A DNA stretch of 64,000 bases from a virus (Duplodnaviria; Caudoviricetes), in IMG/VR virus record IMGVR_UViG_2974778117_000001, positions 95,515 to 159,514 of that record, one strand, 5' to 3'. The number at the start of each line of letters is the position of its first letter. The stretch's first letter is position 1. Of this stretch, positions 35,794 to 45,899 are shown piece after piece. The notes under the pieces were generated by a model. That model had not been told where the DNA came from, did no database searches, and worked only from the letters and a program-made list of their open reading frames with translations. The position numbers were made by a program, and so were the translations under genes.

Positions 35794-38700
35794 ATGCTTC
35801 TCCTAGAGAACAGTTTGTATGTCGGACAAGAGGCCAAGGAAAAGTTCCTCGCCGACAAGCAGAAGGTCACCGACGCCTTCTACATGAACCTCTTGGGATT
35901 CCTGAGCCTGGTGTTCATTGATTCCAAGTCGCCAGTCTTCCAGCAATACCTGGCGTCAGAACTCCGCCTTCACCCGAATCAGATCACGGACGCGAATCAT
36001 GACGTCTCGCTTCTGACCAAGGTGATGATGGACGAGAACTATATCCCGACGCCAGCTGCGATGAACCTGACCAAGCTACTGGTCAAGATCAAGCGTCGTG
36101 AAGTCACCTCTGAGAATCTGAGCCAGGATACAATCCGTGGACTCTTCGCTCAGTTCAAGATCATGAATCACCGTCCGAGCGCTCGCTTGATGCAGGTGAT
36201 TCAGAGTTTCCTGAACGGCAAGTCGGATCTGCCCAACACCTTCTTGAAGCTCGTTGCTCTGGCACGTCAGCCCGACTACAAGGCGATTGCTGGCGAACTG
36301 TACAACCTGGTCATGCGCGGAAGCTACATTCCGAAGGCCAAGGCATTGGTCAGCGCGAAGCCGGATGCGACACCTACTGCGGTTGATGATTCCAAGCCAC
36401 GCAAGGCTCCAGCTGCCGCTCCTGCGAAACCTGTGGAAGTCAGGACTCCGGCGAACACTCCAGCACCAATCAACAAGCCAATCGATCCAGCCCCAGCTCC
36501 TACTCCCGATCCGTACATGACTGCCCAGAACCTGGCTGACATGATCGTCATGGATCGCGGCGTGACTCTTCAGACCTACGCCAAGAAGAACGGCTTGCGT
36601 TTCGGTTCGGCATACCCGCTTGGTGTGTACACCAACCTGACGACTGATCAGCTGCTGTCCAAGATTCCATTCAAGGAATCTGATCCGTTCTGGTGGTATC
36701 ATAACACCTTCTTCCAGACCTTCTCGTCAATGAACAAGGTGGCGGTTGCTCTGCGGTCTCAGACCATCAAGCAGTTGACAGCTGAATCGCTGCTCAACCA
36801 GAAGAAGAACGTGAGCACTTTCCTGGGCTATGAAGACTCCGTGCAGCAGGAACTGTACAAGCAGGTCCAGAAGCTACTGCGCAACAAGAGCACCGAATGG
36901 CTGTTCAAGAACTCCGAGGGTCTGCAGCGGTTCGCCGGTCTGTCTGGACTGAAGCGTGGCAGCTTCAACTACGTCGGTGACTTCCCAATCGTCGCCGCCA
37001 TGTTCCCGACCTGGTATGAAGAGGATGCGTTCGGCGGTCTGATCCGTGAACTGAGCTACTACGATGCGGGCGTTCACACCCTTGTCATCCCGACTGAGAT
37101 CTACAACACCGGAACCGACGTTGACAAGGCGTGGGTCAAGTTGATGAAGAAGCGCAGCGGATGGGAAGTCATCGTCGCCGATCCGAACACTCTGGAATCC
37201 ATGATTGCGCGCCGCGTCAAGCTGACAGATGACGAGCGTATCGACGTCATCAAGCGAGTGACCGCATCCAAGGATCTGGCGAAGTGGGCGAAGGACAGAG
37301 ACTTCATGGAGTTCCTCCGTGCAGACTCTCAGGTCTTCGATATGACGGAGACCAAGAAGAAAGAGATTGAGGCTGCAGCAGTTGATTTCTGGAAGGCTAC
37401 CGCTGGAATGCAAGTTGAGTTCCAGAAGTCCTTCTCGGCTAACATCTCATCTGACTGGCTTGCTGCATATCACTTCGATCAGCTATCCGGAGCCAGTGAG
37501 TCGCTCGTCACCAACATGCGTAATCAGGATGCTGTAAAGTATCTGCTGCAGCGCGATGATGCCGCCCGCGAAGCCGGACAGAGTGTCTTGTCGCCGAATC
37601 AGCGCCTGCAGGTTCTGATGGCTGACAACAGCCTCGACCCGTCGAAGGAGATTGCATCCATTGAACGCGCCGGTCTGATGGCGTGGAACAAGTTCACTAC
37701 CAATCCCAAGATGATGGAGGCTTACTTCTCGATTCCTGCGAACCTGGAATATGCTCTAGCTCAGGAAGCACGAGGCGGCACCTTGCGTCTGTCGTTGTTC
37801 ATCCCAGCTGACAAGCTTCCCAATCCAGAAGCAACCTACTGGCGCCTGATTGAGCGTAGTTCGTTCCTGTCAGACATCAGCGGGCAGATGATTCGTACCA
37901 TCATCCAATGCAATCCGGGTCTGGTGGATGTGGTTCTAAGCCAGATCGACAAGAAGACAACCAGCGAACTGATCGACTGGAAGGGTGAGATCGCATCACT
38001 GGTCGACGTTGATCCGTCGCTCGGTCCGAAGGTTGCCAACAAGTTCATGGACAAGCACCTGAACGAACCAGCCGACCTTGCCACGCTATCGGTTCAGCTG
38101 GACGATGCAGACCCCAATGTGCTGCTTGATAAGATCAGCAAGATGGACCTGTCAACGTTCGACAACAAGTCGTTCTGGTCGGCATCTGAGCGCACATCGG
38201 TTTCGCGTTGTATTGCGATGGCTCTGATCAAGGCTGAGAAGGCATCATCTGGCATCTCGGACGCGTTCTTCAAGTCTCTGCCTTATGAGCTCCGCCATGG
38301 CGTGATCGACTACGTGTTGACCAGCAAAGCCCTGATCAAGTTCAACGATATCTTCCAGAACAGTGAGATCAAGCCATACGACGATATGACTGTCGACCGC
38401 CTGGGTCAGATCCTGAAGTACAACAAGATCGATCTGCCGAAGGTCAACCGTCGCAGCATCAAGACGATGGCTGACATGGAAGCAATCCTTGACACGGTGA
38501 AGATGATCCCGGATCTGGAGTTGCAACCGTTCACTGGCGATCTGGACGTGATCACCGCACAGCTGGCTGGTCACTCGAACGGACGTCACGGTCGCCAAGG
38601 TCCGAAGGTTCTGAGAGCCTGGAACGTGTCAGTGCCGGTCATGGTCGAGAACTTCCCGGGATGGCAGTCGGCTTACCTTCCGGAGACCGAGATCACAGCC

Positions 38701-39402
38701 CCGATGTTCCACGGTACAGGTTCGGTCGCAGCATCGTTCATCCTTCGCAACGGTTTCACCCTGATTCCCGAGAGCGATCCCTCCGCGGTCGGCAAGATGC
38801 TGGGCAACGGTATCTACATGTCGAACGTCATCGACAAGGTGTCGCAGTACGTGGGCGACGCTGGCTATGCTCGCGCCCAGGGAACAAGAGGCTTCATCTT
38901 TGAGATGCAAGTGAAGCTGGGACGCGAACCGGAAGAGCATCGGTCGGCAGGTCTGGGCGGCTCACGCGATGACATCCGTTCTCCAGAGTGGTGCGTCTTC
39001 ACGCCGAATAGCCAGCTCAACATTGTCAAGGTGTACGAGATTGAGCTTGTGGATGCTGAGGAAATCGAACAGATCAAGATGCAGCACTCCGCTCCAGTCG
39101 CGCCAACCTTGAGTGAGTCGTTTGAGGAGCATCTGTTGGAAGCGAAGACGGGTGGTAAGCCAGTTTCAAGCTGGGTGTTCCAGGACGGTTACATCCCGAC
39201 TGGCAACGGTAAGTGGGTTCTGTGGAACGAGTACAAGCCGAAAAAGGGAGTTGAGGTCAGCCCGTCGCAACAGGGACCGGTCGTGACTGTTGTCCACACT
39301 GATCCGGAGAGCAAGCCAGGCAGCTTTGTGGTCTACAACACCGCGGACTTCTGGCACGGCAAGACATACGAGTTCAAGCGATTCTTGCGCCTGACCAAGT
39401 AA
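35794..39402 (+). CDS. large late protein with C-terminal PARP-like ADP-ribosyltransferase domain
   Basis: MFHGT, GKMLGNGIY, EWCVF (H-Y-E triad); Pro/Ala linker. Confidence 0.8.
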   Translation: MLLLENSLYVGQEAKEKFLADKQKVTDAFYMNLLGFLSLVFIDSKSPVFQQYLASELRLHPNQITDANHDVSLLTKVMMDENYIPTPAAMNLTKLLVKIKRREVTSENLSQDTIRGLFAQFKIMNHRPSARLMQVIQSFLNGKSDLPNTFLKLVALARQPDYKAIAGELYNLVMRGSYIPKAKALVSAKPDATPTAVDDSKPRKAPAAAPAKPVEVRTPANTPAPINKPIDPAPAPTPDPYMTAQNLADMIVMDRGVTLQTYAKKNGLRFGSAYPLGVYTNLTTDQLLSKIPFKESDPFWWYHNTFFQTFSSMNKVAVALRSQTIKQLTAESLLNQKKNVSTFLGYEDSVQQELYKQVQKLLRNKSTEWLFKNSEGLQRFAGLSGLKRGSFNYVGDFPIVAAMFPTWYEEDAFGGLIRELSYYDAGVHTLVIPTEIYNTGTDVDKAWVKLMKKRSGWEVIVADPNTLESMIARRVKLTDDERIDVIKRVTASKDLAKWAKDRDFMEFLRADSQVFDMTETKKKEIEAAAVDFWKATAGMQVEFQKSFSANISSDWLAAYHFDQLSGASESLVTNMRNQDAVKYLLQRDDAAREAGQSVLSPNQRLQVLMADNSLDPSKEIASIERAGLMAWNKFTTNPKMMEAYFSIPANLEYALAQEARGGTLRLSLFIPADKLPNPEATYWRLIERSSFLSDISGQMIRTIIQCNPGLVDVVLSQIDKKTTSELIDWKGEIASLVDVDPSLGPKVANKFMDKHLNEPADLATLSVQLDDADPNVLLDKISKMDLSTFDNKSFWSASERTSVSRCIAMALIKAEKASSGISDAFFKSLPYELRHGVIDYVLTSKALIKFNDIFQNSEIKPYDDMTVDRLGQILKYNKIDLPKVNRRSIKTMADMEAILDTVKMIPDLELQPFTGDLDVITAQLAGHSNGRHGRQGPKVLRAWNVSVPVMVENFPGWQSAYLPETEITAPMFHGTGSVAASFILRNGFTLIPESDPSAVGKMLGNGIYMSNVIDKVSQYVGDAGYARAQGTRGFIFEMQVKLGREPEEHRSAGLGGSRDDIRSPEWCVFTPNSQLNIVKVYEIELVDAEEIEQIKMQHSAPVAPTLSESFEEHLLEAKTGGKPVSSWVFQDGYIPTGNGKWVLWNEYKPKKGVEVSPSQQGPVVTVVHTDPESKPGSFVVYNTADFWHGKTYEFKRFLRLTK

Positions 39403-39498
39403 GAAACAAGATCAAGACTAACTAGGTTCCGACACCGGAATCGCTTATAATAGGGTCTGTGGTAACACATAGGCCCTATTCTTTTGTGAGAGGTTTGA

Positions 39499-40098
39499 AT
39501 GAGTGATCTAGTACACGTGGTTGTCGACTTGGAAACCTTGGGTCTGGAACAGGATGCAGTTGTCCTGAGTCTGGGCGCTTCGACTTTCCGAATGGACGGC
39601 AGCCGCCCCAAGTTTGACAAGATGATCTCGGAAGGCTTCTATGCCAAGTTCGACGTCAAGGAACAGGTCAAGACCTTCAAGCGGACAATGACCGACTCGA
39701 CCATCGACTGGTGGAAGACTCAAGGTGCGGCTGCCAAGAAGGTTCTGGAAGCTACTCCGTTCGATCATCGAATGGCTGATGGCTTGATTGAGTTCAATGC
39801 GTGGCTGAAGAAGGTCGGTTACAACTTCCAGAAGTCGTACATCTGGAGTCGCGGAACCTACTTCGACTTCCCGAAGATCGAGCACATGTACCGTCAGGCG
39901 GAAGTCGAGTGCGGCTACAACGGTTGGAAGATTCGTGACGTGCGGACCTACATTGACATCTTGACTGGTGTCGACAACGGCAAGTACGAGCCGGAAGGTG
40001 GCACTCCTCAGCAGTTCGTAGCGCATGATGCTTTGCACGACGCCGCGATGGACGGCTACCGTATGCAGGAAATCTTCAACAAGATGAGCGAAGAATGA
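39499..40098 (+). CDS. dexA: DexA-like DEDDh 3'-5' exonuclease
   Basis: VDLETL, WSRG..FD, RDVRT, HDALHD. Confidence 0.9.
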   Translation: MSDLVHVVVDLETLGLEQDAVVLSLGASTFRMDGSRPKFDKMISEGFYAKFDVKEQVKTFKRTMTDSTIDWWKTQGAAAKKVLEATPFDHRMADGLIEFNAWLKKVGYNFQKSYIWSRGTYFDFPKIEHMYRQAEVECGYNGWKIRDVRTYIDILTGVDNGKYEPEGGTPQQFVAHDALHDAAMDGYRMQEIFNKMSEE

Positions 40099-40463
40099 AA
40101 CTCTACACGATCATCAATGGCAGGCAGCCCGGAATGTTGGGTGGCGTTCAGGCAGGTCATGCGATCGCCGAGATGACATTCCATTACGCTCAGAACGATT
40201 GGGTCAAGGACTTCTTCATGTTCGGTCAAGGACCGTTCGTCTTCCTCAAGGGTCCCAACACCCACGAGAAGATGCAGGAGTTGTTCCTCCAGATAGCCGA
40301 TCTGATTGAGCCGCTCGAGATTCCGATCCATGGTTTCTTTGAACCGGATCTGAACAACACGATGACAGCGATCGGCTTCATTGTCCCAACACCGCAGGAG
40401 CTGGACGTAAAGCCGATCCACGACCTGTTCGCAATCCTCGACACTTTCCACACCGCACGATAA
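40095..40463 (+). CDS. peptidyl-tRNA hydrolase type 2-like protein
   Basis: QAGHA, FFEPDL...TAI. Confidence 0.65.
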   Translation: MKLYTIINGRQPGMLGGVQAGHAIAEMTFHYAQNDWVKDFFMFGQGPFVFLKGPNTHEKMQELFLQIADLIEPLEIPIHGFFEPDLNNTMTAIGFIVPTPQELDVKPIHDLFAILDTFHTAR

Positions 40464-40474
40464 GGAGCTTCACC

Positions 40475-40765
40475 ATGGCAACTGAAAAGACCGCACCCGA
40501 TCTGTCCGTTCTGAACGATCCCCGCGTCCAGACTGCAATCCGCAAGTCGCTGATTGACATTCATGAAACCATGTCGAAGATCGACACCTACCGCGCCAGT
40601 ATGGCTGATGCGTACAAGGCTCTGTCGGAAGACACCAAGGTTCCGCTGCGCATCCTGCGTAAGCTGGGCGGTGCATATCACCGTGGCACCTTCGACAAGG
40701 AAGTGCAGGATGGCGAAGACTTCTACCTGTCGTACAACAAGGTCTTCGGTCAACAGGGGGAGTAA
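40475..40765 (+). CDS. DsbA-like dsDNA-binding protein
   Basis: helical; ILRKL..AYH..F..E....F...Y pattern of T4 DsbA-type proteins. Confidence 0.65.
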   Translation: MATEKTAPDLSVLNDPRVQTAIRKSLIDIHETMSKIDTYRASMADAYKALSEDTKVPLRILRKLGGAYHRGTFDKEVQDGEDFYLSYNKVFGQQGE

Positions 40766-40772
40766 TTCCCCC

Positions 40773-40801
40773 TTGCGGTACTGATGTAGATCGCTTATAA
40801 T
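40773..40801 (+). promoter_or_regulatory. sigma70-type promoter
   Basis: TTGCGG-17 nt-TATAAT. Confidence 0.65.
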
Positions 40802-40843
40802 CATGATTCGTTAGAAGGAGACCCGGTATGACCCCAGCATTCA

Positions 40844-41149
40844 ATGATGATCGTGAGTTCGAGATGGATGAAGAGTATGAGTTCCGTGGTTAACCCAGCA
40901 CTGAATCTCAACCTCTGGGAACAGATACAGCTCTGGTTGTTGGGCGATATCAAGCGAGAAGGTGTTGTTGACTCTATTGACCACATGATCGTGACGATTG
41001 ACGGTCAAGAGTACTGGCATACACCATGGGACAAGCCGTTCAAGGTAGGCGACTACATTGAGTTCTACGCGTGGGGTAGCAGAGACTCACATCGCCTGGA
41101 CATCAACAGCACATTCCGTGAAATCCGAATCCTCAAGGAGGCACAATGA
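40844..41149 (+). CDS. hypothetical protein (start uncertain)
   Basis: ORF coupled to the next gene. Confidence 0.5.
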   Translation: MMIVSSRWMKSMSSVVNPALNLNLWEQIQLWLLGDIKREGVVDSIDHMIVTIDGQEYWHTPWDKPFKVGDYIEFYAWGSRDSHRLDINSTFREIRILKEAQ

Positions 41150-41586
41150 GCACCAACAGCGAAAAGGCGTATCGCATCCGCGATTACCTCATCAACAAGA
41201 AGAAGGGCGGTAGCCTGTGGAACCTGGAGCCGGATAGCATCAACGAGCTGATCGATGCGCTCAACAAGTACACAGATCCGCGCGAGATCCAGAGCTACCT
41301 GGACGAGATTCACTTCTGGGGCTTCAACACCAGCATCCTCGCCGGTGAACCCGTCGACAGCGAATTCCTGGCGGCTCTGGAGTACGCGGAGAAGCCGGAT
41401 GAAGCTGATCTGGAACGTGAGATCAGCCTGGCTGCTCACAACTTCGTGGCGTGGTTCCTGAGCGGCAACAACATGCCGGCTCCGGCATACGATGCACTCA
41501 ACGAGCGTGCTCTGGACGACCTGCACCGATTGGTCAAGGCTCTGGAAGCTGGCGGCTACCGAGAAGGCTTGACTCCGCAGAATTGA
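41146..41586 (+). CDS. hypothetical protein
   Basis: AGGAGG RBS; strong codon bias. Confidence 0.7.
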   Translation: MSTNSEKAYRIRDYLINKKKGGSLWNLEPDSINELIDALNKYTDPREIQSYLDEIHFWGFNTSILAGEPVDSEFLAALEYAEKPDEADLEREISLAAHNFVAWFLSGNNMPAPAYDALNERALDDLHRLVKALEAGGYREGLTPQN

Positions 41587-41676
41587 GTCAACGCTACTCA
41601 TAGTATATGACCCCTTGTTCGAGAGTTCAAGGGGTCATCGCTATGAAAATTTCTTCAACTATTTTCGCCAAAAGGG

Positions 41677-41705
41677 TTGTAAGCGTTTCTGCCTTTCCGT
41701 ATAAT
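41677..41705 (+). promoter_or_regulatory. sigma70-type early promoter
   Basis: TTGTAA-17 nt-TATAAT with AT-rich upstream sequence. Confidence 0.75.
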
Positions 41706-41747
41706 AAACCCATAGCGAAGGGGGAATAGGTCCCCAAGGAGAAGAAG

Positions 41748-42369
41748 ATGAACAAGATCCAGAAGCGCGGTATTTGCCAGGTTTGCGGTCGTGAGCAGGC
41801 TGTCAACAAGGGTGTCATGGCAAAGCACGGTTACACGGTCGAGTACGGCTCTTCGAAGGGACCTGCCCAGGCGCTGGCAACAAGCCGCTGAACGAGACCC
41901 GCGAACTGCTGGACATCATCATCGGTCAGCAGAATGAAGTCATCGCGGAGATGGAAGTCCTGGTCGAAGGCCTCAAGACCGGCAAGAAGTTCCCGAAGCA
42001 GGTCAAGGTCTGGAAGCTGAACAAGTACGAGATGGTCGACTTCAATGACCTCAATGAATACCAGAAGGAGCGCGAAGTTCAGATCGCCATCGTGAACACG
42101 GAAGGTATGATCAAGAGCCGCCAGAACTGGATCAAGATGATGGACGCTCTGGCGGTTGCCACCCTCGGCACCGACCTCCGTGAAGTCGAGCAGGTTGCAG
42201 GCCCGGCGCGTATCGGCAGCGGCGAGAAGAAGGTCGGCGGTTCGGGTCGTGTCCTGACCAGCCTCTACCAGGACGGCGCTCGCGTCTACTACAACTACAC
42301 CAACGACGCTGGCAAGGTCCTCAAGGGTTGGGTCGGCAGCGCGGCATGGCGCAAGCTGCTGACGCCTAA
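41748..42369 (+). CDS. early protein with N-terminal CxxC...H...C zinc motif (apparent deletions ~41850 and ~42360)
   Basis: CQVCGR, KHGY, GTCPG; AAGGAG RBS. Confidence 0.65.
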
Positions 42370-42383
42370 TTTGAAGAAAGGGG

Positions 42384-42412
42384 TTGCATTCGGTTTGCAA
42401 CCCCTTTACAAT
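42384..42412 (+). promoter_or_regulatory. sigma70-type promoter within an inverted repeat
   Basis: TTGCAT-17 nt-TACAAT. Confidence 0.7.
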
Positions 42413-42439
42413 ACATACATGATAACGGGAGTCGATCAG

Positions 42440-42595
42440 ATGGACGATATGAAGGTATACAAGAAGGCGCTGAAGAATGCAGCCATCGTATTTTTGGTGA
42501 TCATCTCCGCGACAGCTGTTCTGTACACCAGCGTCTCCATATTGAAGAACAGCATTGACCAAAGCCGTGAACAGCGCTGCGAGGCGATCAAATGA
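42440..42595 (+). CDS. small membrane protein
   Basis: GGGAG RBS; one TM segment. Confidence 0.55.
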   Translation: MDDMKVYKKALKNAAIVFLVIISATAVLYTSVSILKNSIDQSREQRCEAIK

Positions 42596-42837
42596 ACAGC
42601 AAGACGATTTGCAAGATCCAAGGTCTTGCTGCAGGCGCTGCGGTCATTGCCTGCTTCGGAGTGTTCATCTTCCACTCCTACAAGTATGACAGGGAGCAGA
42701 AGTGCATGGAGATGCAAACCATCAACCAGTGCTTCTCAGACGCATCCTGCACCCGAACGTCGGAGGATTTCTTCCGTCGTGCCGAGCTCGAGAAGATCCT
42801 CGGCAACAAGTGCGAGCTGAGCATCAAGGCTCGTTAA
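42592..42837 (+). CDS. small membrane protein
   Basis: N-terminal TM; Cys-rich remainder. Confidence 0.6.
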   Translation: MNSKTICKIQGLAAGAAVIACFGVFIFHSYKYDREQKCMEMQTINQCFSDASCTRTSEDFFRRAELEKILGNKCELSIKAR

Positions 42838-42867
42838 ATATCCGTACAACAGGAAGGAGTTTCCTAA

Positions 42868-43926
42868 ATGAAGCAATACAAGCTTGCTGTGTTCATCGGG
42901 CGTTTCCAGCCCTTCCACATTGGTCATGAAGCTTCCGTCCGCGAAGCTCTGAACATTGCCGATGAAGTGCTCGTCCTCGTGGGCGACACTGGCGGTCATC
43001 GAACCATCAAAGATCCCTGGACCATCGGTCAACGCGACCAGATGCTGCGTTCCTGCTTCAGCGAGGCAGAGAATGACCGCATCACGGTGCTCGGTCAGTG
43101 GGACACTCCCAACAACTGGGAATGGATCGCAAAGGTCCATGACGCCGTCAACTGCGTCGGCACCTTCAAGGATTCGGACGTCATCCTGCTGGGTCATGAG
43201 AAGGACAAATCGTCCACCTACCTGACCTGGTTCCCGGAATGGGATCGTCTGGATACGGGGCATCTGTTCACCAAGACCGCGCTGTCGCTGACCGAAGTGA
43301 TCGACGCGACCGAGATTCGTCGGCTGCTGTTCGACCGCCGAGGCATCTACACCTCAGGTCTCATGAACGCCAACGTCAAGGAACTGATCCACCAGTGGGC
43401 TCAGTCGAATCCGGACGAGTGGAACGGGTTCTGTGAGGAGTATCAGTTCATCAAGAAGTACAAGGAGAGCTGGGCATCGTCTCCGTTCCCTCCGATCTTC
43501 GTGACGACTGATGCTGTCGTGGTCAGTGGCGCTCACGTGCTGCTCATCAAGCGTGGTCGTTCTCCGGGCAAGGGTCTTCTGGCTCTTCCGGGTGGATTCC
43601 TGGATCAGGAAGAGACCTTGCTGGCTGGCGCGATTCGTGAGCTGAAGGAAGAAACGCGCATCAAGTTGCAGGATGAAGTTCTGGAGCGTCTGCTGGTTGC
43701 GGTTGACGTGCATGATCGTGCAGGCGGAGTCAGCTTCGCAGATCGTGGACGCATCATCACCCACGCACACGTCTTCAAGCTGAACCCGGCGAAGCCGCGC
43801 CCGGAAGTCCGCGGCGGTGACGACGCAGCCTCGGCTGACTGGTACCTGATCGATGACATCAAGCCCAGCGACATGTTCAGCGATCACGGCAACATCCTGT
43901 TCACCGCTCTGAAGCACATCAACTAA
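42868..43926 (+). CDS. nadM: bifunctional NMN adenylyltransferase / Nudix hydrolase (NadM-Nudix)
   Basis: IGRFQPFHIGH, ATEIR, Nudix box PGGF..E....AIRELKEET, GGDDA, DH. Confidence 0.93.
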   Translation: MKQYKLAVFIGRFQPFHIGHEASVREALNIADEVLVLVGDTGGHRTIKDPWTIGQRDQMLRSCFSEAENDRITVLGQWDTPNNWEWIAKVHDAVNCVGTFKDSDVILLGHEKDKSSTYLTWFPEWDRLDTGHLFTKTALSLTEVIDATEIRRLLFDRRGIYTSGLMNANVKELIHQWAQSNPDEWNGFCEEYQFIKKYKESWASSPFPPIFVTTDAVVVSGAHVLLIKRGRSPGKGLLALPGGFLDQEETLLAGAIRELKEETRIKLQDEVLERLLVAVDVHDRAGGVSFADRGRIITHAHVFKLNPAKPRPEVRGGDDAASADWYLIDDIKPSDMFSDHGNILFTALKHIN

Positions 43927-43947
43927 TCAACGAGAAGGAGTTTCTCT

Positions 43948-45450
43948 ATGTTCAAGCGCAATCCCATTTTGGCAACCGACAGCTACAAGGCCTCCCACTT
44001 TCGCCAGTACCCGCCGGGTACGCAGGGCCTGTCGAGCTACATGACCGCCCGCGGTACGAAGGAAGAAGGCGTCACCGGCTGGCTCTACTTCGGTGGTCAG
44101 TTCTTCGTTCAGGACGTCCTGAGCCAGAAAGTCACCCAGGAACACATCGAAGAAGCCGATGCTTTCTTCAAGTGTCACGGCATCGAATTCAACCGTGCTG
44201 GCTGGCAGCTGATCGTGGATTCCTACGGTGGTCAGCTGCCCGTGGTGTTCTCGGCTGTCCCGGAAGGTACGTTCCTGCCCTTCGGCGTGGCGGCATACCG
44301 CATGGAAGTCGCCAATGACCCGGATCTGTTCTTCCTGATCAGCCACCTGGAATCGCTCGCCCTGAGCTACACCTGGTACGGTTCGACGGTTGCGACCAAG
44401 GGTCTATACGTCAAGAAGGCGATCCTGGAAAACCTCCTGGAGACCTCGGACGAGCCGTATGCTGGTCTGGACTTCAAGCTGCATGACTTCGGCTTCCGCG
44501 GGGTGATCCCGAACGGCGGCTACATCGGCGGCGCAGCGCACCTGGTCAACTTCAAGGGCACCGACACGATGGAAGGCATGCTGGGTGCGAGTCAGTACTA
44601 CAAGGCTGGCTTCACCGATCTGGGGTTCTCGATCCCGGCTTCGGAGCACAGCACGATGACCAGCTGGGGTCGGGATCACGAGTATGAGGCCTACAAGAAC
44701 ATGGTCGATCAGTACGCCAAGCCGGGAGCAATCTTCGCTTGCGTGATCGACAGCTACGACACCTTCGGTGCTCTGGATATGTGGGCTGATGACGACAACC
44801 CGGAAGGCAAGAGCCTGCTGGATCGTGTCCGTGAAGCCGGTGCAACTGTCGTGCTTCGTCCGGACTCGGGTCACCCGGTTGACATGCCGGTGGACGTGAT
44901 CCGCTGGCTGGTCAACGAACTGTCGGACGAGATCATCTTCAACAAGAAGGGTTACATTGTCCTGCCGAAGCACGTCCGGGTCATCCAGGGCGACGGCATC
45001 GGTCCGGAGGAGATCGTTCAGATCCTCAAAGCTCTGAAGGGTTACCAGATCAGCGGTGACAACATCGCCTTCGGTATGGGAGGCGGTCTTCTGCAGAAGG
45101 TCAACCGTGACACGTTCAAGATGGCACAGAAGTGCTCGTCGCGTCAGGACGATGAAGGTGTCTGGCACGACGTGGTCAAGGACCCCAAGACCGATCCGAC
45201 CAAGAAGAGCAAAGCAGGGCGTGTGATCACCGTCATGGACCGTACTGATCGCCAGATCAAGACGATCACCATGGACGAGTATCATGAGGACGTGAACTCC
45301 GCGGGTTTCGACGGCACGATGCGTTACGCTTCCCTGTTCTACACCATGTACGATGGCACGACCTGGGGTAGCGGCGTCCTGAACACGAACCTGAATGAGT
45401 TCCGGTACGTGCGCAGCAATGCACGTGAAGCACTGGAGCGCCTGATGTAA
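43948..45450 (+). CDS. nadV: nicotinamide phosphoribosyltransferase
   Basis: TDSYKASH, LHDFGFRG, GTDT, PASEHS, VIDSYD, RPDSG, IQGDG, FGMGGGLLQ. Confidence 0.96.
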   Translation: MFKRNPILATDSYKASHFRQYPPGTQGLSSYMTARGTKEEGVTGWLYFGGQFFVQDVLSQKVTQEHIEEADAFFKCHGIEFNRAGWQLIVDSYGGQLPVVFSAVPEGTFLPFGVAAYRMEVANDPDLFFLISHLESLALSYTWYGSTVATKGLYVKKAILENLLETSDEPYAGLDFKLHDFGFRGVIPNGGYIGGAAHLVNFKGTDTMEGMLGASQYYKAGFTDLGFSIPASEHSTMTSWGRDHEYEAYKNMVDQYAKPGAIFACVIDSYDTFGALDMWADDDNPEGKSLLDRVREAGATVVLRPDSGHPVDMPVDVIRWLVNELSDEIIFNKKGYIVLPKHVRVIQGDGIGPEEIVQILKALKGYQISGDNIAFGMGGGLLQKVNRDTFKMAQKCSSRQDDEGVWHDVVKDPKTDPTKKSKAGRVITVMDRTDRQIKTITMDEYHEDVNSAGFDGTMRYASLFYTMYDGTTWGSGVLNTNLNEFRYVRSNAREALERLM

Positions 45451-45505
45451 TCACTGAATTGTGGCCCGGACGAAATATCCGGGCCACCTTTTTGACGGAG
45501 CGAAC

Positions 45506-45811
45506 ATGGCAACCGTAGCAGAAACCAAAGCAGCAATCCTCTCCAGTCTGGCTGGTGGATCGAACTGGATCAAGGGCGCAAACGCTCGAGACATCAATGA
45601 TCTGCCGTGCCCTCCGCTCTCGGGCGAGGCAGTCAAGTGGGACATCTACGGGGCTCTGCTTGTCGCCACCAAGGACGAACCGAACTACACCCTGAGAAAT
45701 GACACCTACTTTGCGTTGCGTGATGCGATCCCGGCTGACTACAAGAACCGTGACATCGAGTCGTACAATGATGATGCGACCTGGGCTCAGCTGTCCGCAA
45801 TTCTTTCATGA
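45506..45811 (+). CDS. hypothetical protein
   Basis: GGAG RBS; WIKG..AR, IYGAL, YNDD. Confidence 0.6.
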   Translation: MATVAETKAAILSSLAGGSNWIKGANARDINDLPCPPLSGEAVKWDIYGALLVATKDEPNYTLRNDTYFALRDAIPADYKNRDIESYNDDATWAQLSAILS

Positions 45812-45859
45812 TCGCCTTGTGACTCGCAGCCGCAGGGCTTACAATCCAATGTGTTCGGA

Positions 45860-45884
45860 GGAGCCTTCGGGCTCCTTTTTCTTT
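45860..45884 (+). terminator. intrinsic terminator
   Basis: GGAGCC-TTCG-GGCTCC-TTTTTCTTT. Confidence 0.85.
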
Positions 45885-45899
45885 ATGCGAAAATGAGTG

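Noticed and set aside
41951-42595. 214-aa ORF as a single membrane protein
   Set aside because: It runs through a promoter/hairpin and an internal RBS; better explained as two genes joined by a deletion at ~42360
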